From Patescibacteria group bacterium (GTDB lineage Bacteria > Patescibacteriota > Minisyncoccia > Phycocordibacterales > Phycocordibacteraceae), in assembly GCA_018971045.1 (NCBI GenBank), contig JAGWVF010000003.1:42793-106792 (forward strand): a stretch of DNA of 64,000 nucleotides. Reading direction: 5' to 3'. Below, in pieces: positions 1 through 10,037 of this stretch. The position numbers and the translations under genes were made by a program. Within the stretch, counting starts at the first letter, position 1. Each line of letters opens with the position of its first letter. The notes beneath the pieces are model-generated. The model did no database searches. It saw only the letters and a list, made by a program, of their open reading frames with translations, and was not told the DNA's origin.

Positions 1-103
1 CGCTTACGAGATACGCAAACGCTTCTTCGAGCGCCCGTTCGGCATTGCTCCCCACGATACCGACCTCGACGGGCATGCCCATAATCAGCCGGCGGTTTTT
101 CAT
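1..103 (-). CDS. apbE: FAD:protein FMN transferase (ApbE family), 5' end only; runs off the window edge
   Basis: Not in the ORF track. Minus-strand translation from 103 gives MKNRRLIMGMPVEVGIVGSNAERALEEAFAYLVS, which resembles the ApbE N-terminus (MGxxxxI...AFxxL). TAATAT lies 6 nt before the ATG. An FMN-binding substrate gene is 10 kb away. Confidence 0.65.
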   Translation of the reverse strand, partial: MKNRRLIMGMPVEVGIVGSNAERALEEAFAYLVS

Positions 104-161
104 ATCCCCATATTACGCTCTTCGAGCGCTTTTTCATTCAGGCATGTTTTAGAATACCGGT

Positions 162-722
162 ATGACCACCTATACCCTCGAACAATCCCGATTCGCTCAT
201 TTCTTTACAGCCAATAAAGCAAGCGCTCCGCTTTGGTTCGTCATACGCCTCTATCTCGGATACGAGTTCCTTATGGCCGGCTGGGAGAAACTCGGCAGTG
301 CGGCGTGGTTCGGGAGCGGCGCAGGCGCCGCCCTGACCGGGTTTATACATGGAGCAGTCGCCAAGACCGTATGCGCTCCGAACATCGCCGCAGCAGCCTG
401 CCATCCCGACGTGCAGATGTGGTACGCATCATTCCTCCAGAATGCCGTACTTCCGAACGTGACAGTGTGGTCGAATGCCGTCGTCATCGGCGAGCTGGCG
501 ATCGGCCTCGGTCTTATCGTCGGCCTCTTCACCGGCGTTGCGGCGTTCTTCGCTTTCTTTATGTCGCTAAACTTTCTCTTCTCGGGCGCCGTCAGCGTCA
601 ACCCCATCATCATCATTCTCGCGTTGCCGCTTATCGCGTCGCGTCGCGTCGCGGGCTATTGGGGTCTCGATCGCTTCGCTCGCCCGTGTCTCCGCCGGAA
701 ATTTCACCGCTTCATTTCCTGA
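162..722 (+). CDS. DoxX/DoxD-family membrane protein
   Basis: RLYLGYEFLMAGWEK, GELAIGLGLIVGLFT and AGYWGLD motifs; several hydrophobic helices. TAGAAT lies 6 nt before the ATG. Confidence 0.85.
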   Translation: MTTYTLEQSRFAHFFTANKASAPLWFVIRLYLGYEFLMAGWEKLGSAAWFGSGAGAALTGFIHGAVAKTVCAPNIAAAACHPDVQMWYASFLQNAVLPNVTVWSNAVVIGELAIGLGLIVGLFTGVAAFFAFFMSLNFLFSGAVSVNPIIIILALPLIASRRVAGYWGLDRFARPCLRRKFHRFIS

Positions 723-2138
723 TCACGAAACTCTGAAGTTTTCAAACTGCCACGGATCCGAAGCGTCAAAATGCTCCGGGAAGAGAATGCCGCGTCCCTC
801 AATCGGCGTCCAATCGGTATACACGCCCAGAATCTCTCCGAGATACGGCCGCGCAACGCTCATTAAAAGCTGGTGATCGATTTCATCGGCATCGACTAGC
901 CCTCGGCGCGGATTCCGTATCGCCCACACCATCGCTCCGATAATGCTCGCGGTCACCTGGAGCCCGGTCGCGTTATTGTGCGGAGCGGCGGCGCGCGCCT
1001 CGTCAATCGAGAGGCGCGAACCATACCAATAGGCGTTCTTCTCGTGTCCCATGAGGAGCACGCCGAGTTCATCGACGCCTCCGGGGAGAATGTCGGCGCC
1101 GATAAGCCGCTGTTCCTTTTGGAGAACGTCGTTATTTTCGGCGAGTTCTTCAAGCGAGAGCACCGCGCCGTCGCAGGGGCGGTAGGCGTAATGCACGGTC
1201 GGGCGATACACCACCTTCCCGTCTTCCCGGAGAGAGAGGTAGTCCGCGATAGAAATGGATTCATGGTGCGTCACGATCCATCCGTGCTGAGCCCCGGCAA
1301 TGGGCGTCCAGCTGCGCGCCTTCGTGAGAAAGCTCGGCTGGTCCAAATAGATCGCAGCGCCGCAGCCGAAGTCATGTTCATGTCCGTCTGGCGGCAACCG
1401 TTTCTCGTGCGTCCCCCATCCCATTTCTGACGGCTGGCTACTTTCTGAATGGAATCCGTCGATTGACCATGTGTTGACGAATTCGCCGATCTTCTTCGGC
1501 TGTACCGATTCTTGGGTATCGCGCTCAGCGATGTGGATGACTTTTATTCCGAGCTCCCGGGCGAGCTGCGCCCATCCTTCCCGGGTCGCGGGGATCTCGT
1601 TCTTCTTCCCCGTGTCGGCCGCAATATTGAGAAGCGCCTGCTTCACGAAGTGAGAGACGAGACCCGGATTCGCGCCGTGCGCGAGCACCGCAGTCGGGCG
1701 CTCTCCCGGCAACGCAAGCGATCGGAGCTTCAACACTTTCTCGCGCAATGCGTAGTTTGAACGATCCGATATGGAAAGCGCGGCATCGGTATAGGTCCCC
1801 GCCCAGGGTTCGATGCATGTGTCGAGATAGAGAATGTTATGGCGCTGGCAATGCTCGATCAGCGCCGCCGAGGAAACATCGACCGAAACATTCAGCAGAA
1901 AATCACCCGGACCGATATGCGAGAGAATGATGTCTTGATGATTATGCGGCAAGAGCGGATCAATGATGAATCGGACTCCATACTCGCGCGCCACGTCCTC
2001 GCCGCGCGTATCCGCCGTAACGATCGTGATGCGATCAGGCGTGACCGTAAAATGGCGCAAGAGAAGAGGCAGCGCGCCTTGTCCGATGCTTCCGAAACCT
2101 ACAATGAGAATCTTTCCCTCAAACGAATGCTTTTCCAT
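723..2138 (-). CDS. hss: Homospermidine synthase
   Basis: GFGSIG Rossmann motif, HGANPGLVSHF, IHIAERDTQ, NTWSIDG, WGTHEK, RPTVHYAYRPC and C-terminal DPWQF are characteristic of bacterial HSS. Confidence 0.93.
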   Translation of the reverse strand: MEKHSFEGKILIVGFGSIGQGALPLLLRHFTVTPDRITIVTADTRGEDVAREYGVRFIIDPLLPHNHQDIILSHIGPGDFLLNVSVDVSSAALIEHCQRHNILYLDTCIEPWAGTYTDAALSISDRSNYALREKVLKLRSLALPGERPTAVLAHGANPGLVSHFVKQALLNIAADTGKKNEIPATREGWAQLARELGIKVIHIAERDTQESVQPKKIGEFVNTWSIDGFHSESSQPSEMGWGTHEKRLPPDGHEHDFGCGAAIYLDQPSFLTKARSWTPIAGAQHGWIVTHHESISIADYLSLREDGKVVYRPTVHYAYRPCDGAVLSLEELAENNDVLQKEQRLIGADILPGGVDELGVLLMGHEKNAYWYGSRLSIDEARAAAPHNNATGLQVTASIIGAMVWAIRNPRRGLVDADEIDHQLLMSVARPYLGEILGVYTDWTPIEGRGILFPEHFDASDPWQFENFRVS

Positions 2139-2261
2139 TTCGGATATGAAAACGAGAATCTAGTAAGATGAGCTTTGTATACGGGATTATGACACACCTG
2201 TCAAGACTCGCTGTGCATAAAAGCGTAGGGAGAAGATAGCGGCTAAGGTACTCTAGGAGTA

Positions 2262-3548
2262 ATGCATCGGATACGGAACTTCACCGAACTTGCGGCGACG
2301 CCGCTCCGCGCGAACGCGCTCGCGATCGCCGAGGCCGGCTACGGTGCCGTGAACGTCGGCGCGGCGCTTGCGCGCGACCTCCGCGTAGAGAACGGCGCGC
2401 TCCGCGTCGGCGAGAAGGAGTACGCGCTTACCAATCGGCGCGTTTATTTTGTCGGCATCGGAAAATGCGCTTTCGCAGCCGCTCAGGCGATCGAGAAGAT
2501 TCTCGGCGACTCTCTCACTGCGGGAATCGCGTTTGGCATCGGCGACATGCCCGAGAGAAGCGCGTCGATCGAGTTCCACTCCGGCACGCATCCGCTTCCG
2601 AGCGCAGTGAACGTTGCGGCGGCCAATCGCCTTCTCACTCTCCTCTCCGGACGCGAGGAGACCGATCTCGTACTGATGCTCATTTCAGGCGGCGGGTCGA
2701 CGCTTTTGTGCGCTCCTCACGATCCGATGACCTGCGTCGACGAGAGCGCTCTCTTCCACACCCTCACCGACCACGGCGCGTCGATACAAGAATTGAATAC
2801 GGTTCGAAAACATATTTCGCGCGCGCGCGGCGGCGGACTCGCGGTCGCGAGCTATCCTGCCGAAGTCGTCTCGCTCATTGTCTCGGACGTTCCCGGCGAC
2901 GATATCGAATACATTTCATCCGGCCCGACGCTGCTCGATTCCTCGACCGTTGCCGATGCTCGCGCCGTCCTTGAGAAATACGGCGTGCCGACTATCGCTC
3001 CGCTCACGCTCGTCGAGACGGAGAAAGAGCAGAAATATTTCGACCGCGTTACCAACCTTCTTTTCCTCACCAATAAGAACGCCCTCGCGGCGATGCAGAC
3101 TGAAGCGGCCGCGCGCGGCTACGCCGCCGAGATCGTCGACGACAAGATCGAGGGCGAAGCGCGCGAGGTCGGCCGCACGATCGCTGAGAGACTCCATGCC
3201 GCCGAATCGAAAACGGCGTTCCTCTATGCCGGCGAGACCACGGTAACGGTGGGCGGCGTGGGCGGCGCGGGCGGACGCAACCAGGAGATGGCGCTCGCGG
3301 CCCTCGCCGATATCGCCGAGGGCGAGCTCATTCTCGCCTGCGCCTCGGACGGTCACGACAACACTGATCACGCCGGGGCTATCGGCGATGCCGTTACGCG
3401 AACGCATGCGCACGAGCAGAACCTCTCGATTCCCGAATACCTCGCGGCGCATCGCTCCTACGATTTTTTCGCCGCGACCGGAGATGCCCTTATCACCGGG
3501 TATACTGGATCAAACGTGTCGGACTTTATTATTGCCTTAAAAAAATGA
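2262..3548 (+). CDS. Glycerate 2-kinase (TtuD/DUF4147 + MOFRL)
   Basis: GIGK, HPLPS, LISGGGSTL, SDVPGD, GETTV, GGRNQE and TGSNVSD motifs. Confidence 0.9.
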   Translation: MHRIRNFTELAATPLRANALAIAEAGYGAVNVGAALARDLRVENGALRVGEKEYALTNRRVYFVGIGKCAFAAAQAIEKILGDSLTAGIAFGIGDMPERSASIEFHSGTHPLPSAVNVAAANRLLTLLSGREETDLVLMLISGGGSTLLCAPHDPMTCVDESALFHTLTDHGASIQELNTVRKHISRARGGGLAVASYPAEVVSLIVSDVPGDDIEYISSGPTLLDSSTVADARAVLEKYGVPTIAPLTLVETEKEQKYFDRVTNLLFLTNKNALAAMQTEAAARGYAAEIVDDKIEGEAREVGRTIAERLHAAESKTAFLYAGETTVTVGGVGGAGGRNQEMALAALADIAEGELILACASDGHDNTDHAGAIGDAVTRTHAHEQNLSIPEYLAAHRSYDFFAATGDALITGYTGSNVSDFIIALKK

Positions 3549-5977
3549 GCATGAACGATTCTTTTATTTTGTGGTTTCAAGATATCTCCATGGACAACGT
3601 CGCCGAAGTCGGCGGGAAGAATGCGTCTTTGGGCGAGCTTATTCGCGCGCTCGAGCCGCAGGGCGTGCGCATCCCGCACGGATTTGCGGTAACCGCCGCG
3701 GCGTATTACCACTATTTGAAAGAGACGGGGCTCGATATTTTTATAGAAGCTACCCTCAAGGGACTCAATACCCGCAACCTCAAAGAGTTGTCTCGGCGCG
3801 GCAAGCTCGTCCGCGAGAAAATGCGGGCGACGCCGCTCCCCAAAGAGCTTGAACAGGCGATCGCTCTCGCTTATGCGCGTATGGAACAACAGTACGGCCG
3901 CCATACCGATGTGGCAGTACGTTCTTCGGCCACGGCTGAGGACTTGCCCGGCGCCTCTTTCGCAGGCGAGCAGGAAACGTATCTCAATATCCGCGGCGCG
4001 AAGGATGTGGCGCGCGCGGCTGTCTGGACGATGGCATCGCTGTTTACCGATCGGGCCATTTCTTATCGCGCAGACAAAGGATTCGACCATATGAAGGTCG
4101 CTCTTTCGGTCGGGGTACAGAAAATGGTCCGCTCCGATAAGGGCGCCTCGGGCGTAATGTTCACGGTCGACACCGAGAGCGGGTTCCATGACGTCGTGGT
4201 GGTGAATGCGACCTACGGCCTCGGCGAGATGATCGTGCAAGGACACGTTACTCCCGACGAATACCTGGTGAGAAAGTCCGCCATCGGCAATACGCGATCG
4301 CCCATCATTCTCAAAAAGATCGGCACCAATCTCAAGAAAATGATCTACGACACCGGAAAAAGCGGCGTAATCCAGACAAAGATCGTCTCCACTCCCGCAA
4401 TCGACGCGGCGCGCTTCGTTTTGACTGACGATGAGATCGTCACGATGGCCGGCTGGGGCGCTATCGTTGAAAAGCATTACTCCGAACGCGCGCAGAAGTG
4501 GACGCCGATGGATATGGAGTGGGCCAAGGACGGACTCACCGGCGAGTTGTATATCGTGCAGGCGCGCCCCGAGACCGTACAGGCCGAACGCGATTACACG
4601 AAACTCGTAGAGTACGCCGTCTCGGGCCAAGGCAAGGAACTCGCGCGGGGCATCTCGGTCGGCTCGAAAGCGGCTTCAGGCAAAGCGCATCTCATTATGA
4701 ATCCGAGACAAATTCGAGAATTCAGACAAGGGGAGATTCTCGTTACCGCGATGACTGATCCCGACTGGGAACCGATCATGAAAATGGCGAGCGCGATTGT
4801 TACCGATAAGGGCGGCCGCACGAGCCACGCGGCGATTGTCTCGCGCGAGCTCGGGCTTCCGGCGATTGTCGGATCCGGTAATGCGACCAAGGTGTTGAAA
4901 ACGGGCATGAGTATCACCGCCGATGCCTCGGGCAGCACGGGCGTCATTACCGCCGGTAAGGCGAAGATCATCGTGAAGGAGCACTCGCTTGGCACGCTTC
5001 CGAAAACGAAAACCAACATCATGGTGAACATCGCCTCGCCGGATATCGCCTTCGAGAACTCCTTCTTACCCGTCGAAGGCGTCGGGCTCGCGCGCGAGGA
5101 GTTCATTATCGCGTCAACGATCGGCATGCATCCGATGGCGCTCCTGAACTACAAGAAGCTCGACTCGAAGCTGAAGGCGGAAATCGCCAAGCGCATCCGG
5201 GGATGGAAGAGCCCCGTTGACTTCTATGTCGATAATCTTGCCTACGGCATCGCCAAGATCGGCGCCGCCTTCGCTCCAAGGAAGGTGATCGTCCGCTTCT
5301 CCGACTTCAAGACAAACGAATATTCAACGCTTCTTGGCGGCGCCGCATACGAACCAAAAGAAGAGAATCCGATGATCGGCTGGCGCGGCACCTCCCGTTA
5401 TTACGATCCGAAATTCAGAGACGCCTTCGCGCTTGAATGCCGAGCGCTCGTAAAGGTACGCGACGACATGGGGCTCGATAACGTTATCCCAATGCTCCCC
5501 TTCTGCCGAACGGTTCACGAGGCCGAGCAAGTGCTCTCGGTGATGGCCGCCCACGGCCTCACGGCGAAGTCGCTCGCAAAAGAGGGAGAGAAGGCGACGC
5601 CCGTCTATATGATGTGCGAGATTCCCTCGAACGTTCTCTTGGCCGAAGAGTTCCTCGATCTTTTCGACGGCATGTCGATCGGCAGCAATGACCTCACCCA
5701 GCTTACGCTCGGGCTCGACCGCGACTCGGGTATCGTTACCCATATCGGCAATGAAGATGACGAAGCGGTGCATGCACTCATCTCGATGGTAATCCGAAAA
5801 TGTAGCGCGCGCGGAAAATATATCGGCATCTGCGGCCAAGGACCCTCGGATCTTCCCGGTTTCGCTGAATTTCTCGTGAAAGAGGGTATTGAGAGCATGT
5901 CGCTTAATCCTGACTCGGTGGTAAAGACGATCGAGCATGTAGCCGAAGTCGAGGAGCGCATCGGCCGCTCGGTATGA
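3545..5977 (+). CDS. ppsA: Phosphoenolpyruvate synthase
   Basis: VGGKNASLGE, VRSSATAED, GGRTSHAAIVSRELG (phospho-His), RFSDFK and SIGSNDLTQ motifs; 810 aa. Confidence 0.96.
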   Translation: MSMNDSFILWFQDISMDNVAEVGGKNASLGELIRALEPQGVRIPHGFAVTAAAYYHYLKETGLDIFIEATLKGLNTRNLKELSRRGKLVREKMRATPLPKELEQAIALAYARMEQQYGRHTDVAVRSSATAEDLPGASFAGEQETYLNIRGAKDVARAAVWTMASLFTDRAISYRADKGFDHMKVALSVGVQKMVRSDKGASGVMFTVDTESGFHDVVVVNATYGLGEMIVQGHVTPDEYLVRKSAIGNTRSPIILKKIGTNLKKMIYDTGKSGVIQTKIVSTPAIDAARFVLTDDEIVTMAGWGAIVEKHYSERAQKWTPMDMEWAKDGLTGELYIVQARPETVQAERDYTKLVEYAVSGQGKELARGISVGSKAASGKAHLIMNPRQIREFRQGEILVTAMTDPDWEPIMKMASAIVTDKGGRTSHAAIVSRELGLPAIVGSGNATKVLKTGMSITADASGSTGVITAGKAKIIVKEHSLGTLPKTKTNIMVNIASPDIAFENSFLPVEGVGLAREEFIIASTIGMHPMALLNYKKLDSKLKAEIAKRIRGWKSPVDFYVDNLAYGIAKIGAAFAPRKVIVRFSDFKTNEYSTLLGGAAYEPKEENPMIGWRGTSRYYDPKFRDAFALECRALVKVRDDMGLDNVIPMLPFCRTVHEAEQVLSVMAAHGLTAKSLAKEGEKATPVYMMCEIPSNVLLAEEFLDLFDGMSIGSNDLTQLTLGLDRDSGIVTHIGNEDDEAVHALISMVIRKCSARGKYIGICGQGPSDLPGFAEFLVKEGIESMSLNPDSVVKTIEHVAEVEERIGRSV

Positions 5978-7158
5978 GAATTGATCGGCTCGAGGCCGTT
6001 ATGATTACCGACTCGCGCGGCAAGCCAACTCTCGAGACCACGATCTCGGCGAACGCGCTTTCGGCGACCGCCTCGGTGCCTTCGGGCAAGAGCACGGGAA
6101 TTCACGAAGCCGTCGAGCTTCGCGGCCCCGACGGGAACGTCGCGGAAGCGATAGCGAACGTCAATGGGGAGATCGCTCGCGCGATTGTCGGCAAGCGATT
6201 CTCGCTTGACGAACTCGACGCCGCGCTTATCAAGCTCGACGGCACGCCAAATAAATCGCGTCTCGGCGCCAACGCAATCCTCTCAGTCTCGATTGCGGCA
6301 CAGCGCCTCTTAGCGATGCTCGAGGATATTCCGCTGTGGAAAGCCATCGAGAAGCGGGCCGGAACGACTGCGGGCGCGCCGCGGCTCTTTATGAACGTGA
6401 TGAACGGCGGCGTGCATGCGGACTTCAAACTTCCGTTTCAGGAGTACCTCGTCGTCGTCGACGGCACGACTCGCGAGGCATTCGCGACCGCAAAAGAAGC
6501 GTTCGAGAAGCTCGGCGAACGGCTGGATGGCGTGCCAATGGGCGATGAGGGCGGCTACGCGCCCGCCTTCGATCAGCTTGAGGAACCATTCGAGATCCTC
6601 GCCGAGCTTGTCGCGCAGTTTCCGCACACCTCCATTGCGATCGATGCCGCGGCGAGTGAGTTCTATCGGGACGGCCAGTATCATATTTTGGATGCTTCTT
6701 ATTCAGCCGATGATCTCGCGCGGATCTACAGCGGCTTAGTGGAAAAATTTCCCTTTCACAGCATCGAGGATCCATTCGATGAGGAGTCCGCGGGCGACTT
6801 CACGCGATTCACCGCGTCTGTGGGGGAGAAAATTCTCGTGATCGGCGACGACTTCACGGTTACCAATCCGGATCGTATACTGAAAGCGCGCGAAGAACGG
6901 GCGATTAATGCGGTGCTTATTAAGCCGAACCAGATCGGCACGGTGAAAGAGGCTATCGAGGCGGTGCGGGCGACGTCCGCTGCCGGATGGAAAAGCGTAG
7001 CTTCGCACCGCTCGGGAGAAACGAATGACACCTTCATCGCCGACTTCGCGTATGGCGTCGGCGCGCACGGAATCAAAGCCGGCGGCCTCGGTCAGAAGGA
7101 ACGGATGGAAAAATACTACCGTCTGCTCGCTATCGAACGCGAGGCGGAACATAAATAA
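5974..7158 (+). CDS. eno: Enolase (short form, 394 aa)
   Basis: DSRGKPT, VPSGKSTG, LGANAIL, GDEGG, KPNQIG and SHRSGET motifs. Confidence 0.95.
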   Translation: MRIDRLEAVMITDSRGKPTLETTISANALSATASVPSGKSTGIHEAVELRGPDGNVAEAIANVNGEIARAIVGKRFSLDELDAALIKLDGTPNKSRLGANAILSVSIAAQRLLAMLEDIPLWKAIEKRAGTTAGAPRLFMNVMNGGVHADFKLPFQEYLVVVDGTTREAFATAKEAFEKLGERLDGVPMGDEGGYAPAFDQLEEPFEILAELVAQFPHTSIAIDAAASEFYRDGQYHILDASYSADDLARIYSGLVEKFPFHSIEDPFDEESAGDFTRFTASVGEKILVIGDDFTVTNPDRILKAREERAINAVLIKPNQIGTVKEAIEAVRATSAAGWKSVASHRSGETNDTFIADFAYGVGAHGIKAGGLGQKERMEKYYRLLAIEREAEHK

Positions 7159-7167
7159 CCTATCATC

Positions 7168-8169
7168 ATGAACATACACTATTTTTCAGGAGAGGCGTGG
7201 GAAGAACCGTTCGTGCGGGGGAAACTCCCGAACGACGAGATCACTTTTCATGACGGACCGTTTTCAGCGTACGCCGACCTTACCGACCTCGCCGCCGAAG
7301 CGCTCTGCACCTTTATAGAATCCAAGATTACTGATGCGGACATGGCGCGCTTCCCGTCTCTCAAGCTGATCGCGACGCGCTCTACCGGCTTTGATCATAT
7401 TGATCTTGCGGCCGCCAGCGCGCGCGGAATCTGCGTGGCGAATGTTCCCTTTTACGGAGAGAACACGGTCGCCGAATTCGCCTTCGCACTCCTCCTCGCG
7501 CTTTCCCGCCGCGTGATTGATGCGGACGAGCGCGTGCGCGAGGGAGTTTTCTCGCCGAAGGAACTGCGCGGCTTCGACCTCGCGGGCAAAACGATCGGCG
7601 TCATCGGCTGCGGACATATCGGCATGCACGTCATTAAGATGGCGAACGGCTTCGGGATGAAGGTGCTCGGCTTTGAGGTCCACCCGGATCCGAAGCGGGC
7701 GCAGGAAGGAGGCTTTACCTATGCGACAATGCCCGACCTTCTTGCGCAGTCTGACATCATTACCCTTCACGTCCCCTACAACGAGCACACCCACCATCTT
7801 ATCAACGCCGACACTATTAAAAATATCAAGAAAGGCGCGTACCTCATCAATACTGCGCGCGGCGCGGTTGTCGATACCTCCGCACTTGTCGGCGCGCTTA
7901 AAGACGGAACGCTCGCCGGCGCCGCGCTTGACGTTCTCGAAGAGGAAGGTGATCTCGCCGATGAGGTGGCGCTCCTTACGAACCCGCACCCGAACGCGGA
8001 GGAGCTTCGCGTAACGCTCGAAAATCATTATCTCATCGAACATCCGCGGGTAATCGTCACGCCGCACGTCGCTTTCAACACGATCGAGGCCGTCGAACGC
8101 ATCGTCGCGGCCACGATTGACAATATTAAAAACTTCGCCGCCGGCGCACCGACGAATGTCGTTTCTTAA
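7168..8169 (+). CDS. D-isomer-specific 2-hydroxyacid dehydrogenase (D-lactate dehydrogenase-like)
   Basis: RSTGFDHID, GCGHIG, LINTARG, LDVLEEE and TPHVAF motifs. Confidence 0.9.
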   Translation: MNIHYFSGEAWEEPFVRGKLPNDEITFHDGPFSAYADLTDLAAEALCTFIESKITDADMARFPSLKLIATRSTGFDHIDLAAASARGICVANVPFYGENTVAEFAFALLLALSRRVIDADERVREGVFSPKELRGFDLAGKTIGVIGCGHIGMHVIKMANGFGMKVLGFEVHPDPKRAQEGGFTYATMPDLLAQSDIITLHVPYNEHTHHLINADTIKNIKKGAYLINTARGAVVDTSALVGALKDGTLAGAALDVLEEEGDLADEVALLTNPHPNAEELRVTLENHYLIEHPRVIVTPHVAFNTIEAVERIVAATIDNIKNFAAGAPTNVVS

Positions 8170-9461
8170 AGATCGCTTCCAGGCTCGTAGGTAAACAGAT
8201 CATCGCTCGTTGTCGCCCATTTTTTCTGCAGCGGCGCGAGGATGCGCCACGATTCCAGAACCTCCTCGCTCGAAACGAAGAGGTCATGATCGCCGCGCAT
8301 CACGTCAACCAATACTTTTTCATACGCGTCCGGAAGCGCCGTATAGTAGTCAGCGTACGCGAAGCCGAGCGTCTGCTTCTCGACTAATCCCTCGTAGCCC
8401 GGGCGCCCTGACCAAATCGCGAGCGCCATTCCCTCATTCGGCTGCAGATGCAACACCAGCTCATTCGCCTCCTGATCCCGGTCTCTTTTGTAATAGACGC
8501 GAATCTCGGTCGTCTTTTTTGACAGCCTCTTCCCCGTCATAAGGCGAATCGGGACACCTTTCCATTGCGGCGCCGTTGATTCGAGCGTGAGATCGACATA
8601 CGTCTCGACCGTACTCGCCGGATTACCGACTTCCGTGCGGTATCCCGCGTATTGCCCGCGCCGCGCCGCGCCTGAAAGCCGAACGCGCTGGAGCGCGGCG
8701 TGGCGCCGTTTCGGGATACTCTCGATCTCCTGACCGTTCGGCAAAGCCATAAGGGTAAGCGCGGCGAGTTGAAGCAGGTGACTCTGCATCACGTCGCGGA
8801 GCGCGCCGGTCTGTTCGTAGAAGCGAGCGCGTCCCTCGATACCGATCGTTTCGCTCGCGCGGATCTCGATGCGCTCGATGAAATCTCCGTTCCAGGTTCG
8901 CCGAAACAGCGAATTGCGCTCGCGAAATACGATCAAATCTTGCGCCATGTGCTTCGCGAGATAATGGTCGATCCGATACACCTGCTCAGACGCGAAGTGC
9001 GCGCCGATATGTTCGGCAAGATCGGCGGCTGAGGCCAGATCGGTTCCAAATGGTTTCTCGAGCAACAGCTTCGTCTCCGGAATCCGCGCGAGACCCGAGA
9101 CGCCGAGATGTTCGACGATAGGTCGCACGGCGCGCGGCGGCACTGACATATAAAAGAGCCGCTGAGCGCGCGTGCCGAGCTCTTGCTCGATCAGGGCGAG
9201 TCTCGCCTTAAGACGCGCATAGGCTCGAGGATCATCGGTATCCATCGTAAAGAATTGGAGGCGATCGCGCACATGCGGCATCGTCGCCGCATTGACCCTT
9301 TCAACAGGTATCGATCCCTGGCGCGTGGTGCCGATAATGCGAGAATCCTTGGGGAGCGCACCGGCCCGGGCGATCGCCTCGATCGCGGGAAGGAGTTTCC
9401 GTCCCGCGAGGTCGCCCGTGATGCCGATGATGACGAGTAGGGCGGGAATCGCCGAGTCCAT
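8166..9461 (-). CDS. zwf: Glucose-6-phosphate 1-dehydrogenase
   Basis: GITGDLA, LEKPFG, YRIDHYLAK and GALRDVMQSH motifs. Start reassigned to the ATG at 9461; the track's longer ORF overlaps the ECF sigma gene. Confidence 0.92.
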   Translation of the reverse strand: MDSAIPALLVIIGITGDLAGRKLLPAIEAIARAGALPKDSRIIGTTRQGSIPVERVNAATMPHVRDRLQFFTMDTDDPRAYARLKARLALIEQELGTRAQRLFYMSVPPRAVRPIVEHLGVSGLARIPETKLLLEKPFGTDLASAADLAEHIGAHFASEQVYRIDHYLAKHMAQDLIVFRERNSLFRRTWNGDFIERIEIRASETIGIEGRARFYEQTGALRDVMQSHLLQLAALTLMALPNGQEIESIPKRRHAALQRVRLSGAARRGQYAGYRTEVGNPASTVETYVDLTLESTAPQWKGVPIRLMTGKRLSKKTTEIRVYYKRDRDQEANELVLHLQPNEGMALAIWSGRPGYEGLVEKQTLGFAYADYYTALPDAYEKVLVDVMRGDHDLFVSSEEVLESWRILAPLQKKWATTSDDLFTYEPGSDL

Positions 9462-9470
9462 AGGTTTTCC

Positions 9471-9478
9471 AGTATACT
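9471..9478. promoter_or_regulatory. Palindromic bidirectional -10 element (AGTATACT) between divergent zwf and the ECF sigma gene
   Basis: TATACT is read on both strands: 7 nt before ATG 9486 (+) and 9 nt before ATG 9461 (-). Confidence 0.55.
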
Positions 9479-9485
9479 GCATCCC

Positions 9486-10037
9486 ATGGATACGCCGCTC
9501 GAGCAAAAGACGGACGAGGAGCTCGTGCGGCTGGTGCAACGAAAGAATGAGACGGCATTCGGTGTAGTAATGAGCAGATATCAGCCGAAATTGCTTCGGT
9601 ATGGGAGAAAGTTCTTGTCGGATACGGCGCCTATCGAGGACGTGGTGCAGGAGGTGTTTATTAAAGCGTATCAAAATATCCAGAGCTTCGATACCGCGCG
9701 GCCATTCTCGCCATGGATCTACCGCATCGCCCATAATATGTTCGCCAATGCGCTGCGAGCCCGCGACCGCCTTCCGTTCATCACCGTCGATCTGGATATG
9801 TTTTCGGCGCACACCGCCTACGAGATCGATCCGGCAGGCGATGAAGAGCGCGGGCAGACGCGCGCGCTCGTTGAGCGCGGCCTCGCCTCGCTTTCGCCGC
9901 TCTACCGCGAAGTTCTGGTACTGTATTACATCGAACAGTTAAGCTATCAAGAGATCACCGAGGTTCTCCATGTGCCGATAGGGACGGTGGGCATCCGGCT
10001 CCGCCGCGCCCGCGAAGCTCTAAAAAAATATGTCTGA
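9486..10037 (+). CDS. ECF (group 4) RNA polymerase sigma factor
   Basis: Region 2 (EDVVQEVFIKAY...FSPWIYRIAHN) and region 4 (LSYQEI...VPIGTV..RLRRAR). Confidence 0.93.
   Translation: MDTPLEQKTDEELVRLVQRKNETAFGVVMSRYQPKLLRYGRKFLSDTAPIEDVVQEVFIKAYQNIQSFDTARPFSPWIYRIAHNMFANALRARDRLPFITVDLDMFSAHTAYEIDPAGDEERGQTRALVERGLASLSPLYREVLVLYYIEQLSYQEITEVLHVPIGTVGIRLRRAREALKKYV

Noticed and set aside
9462-9812. N-terminal extensions in the track for zwf (also ligA, pilM, the GH-like gene and PepE)
   Set aside because: They overlap neighbouring genes; downstream ATGs match family starts, most with -10 elements at leaderless spacing.
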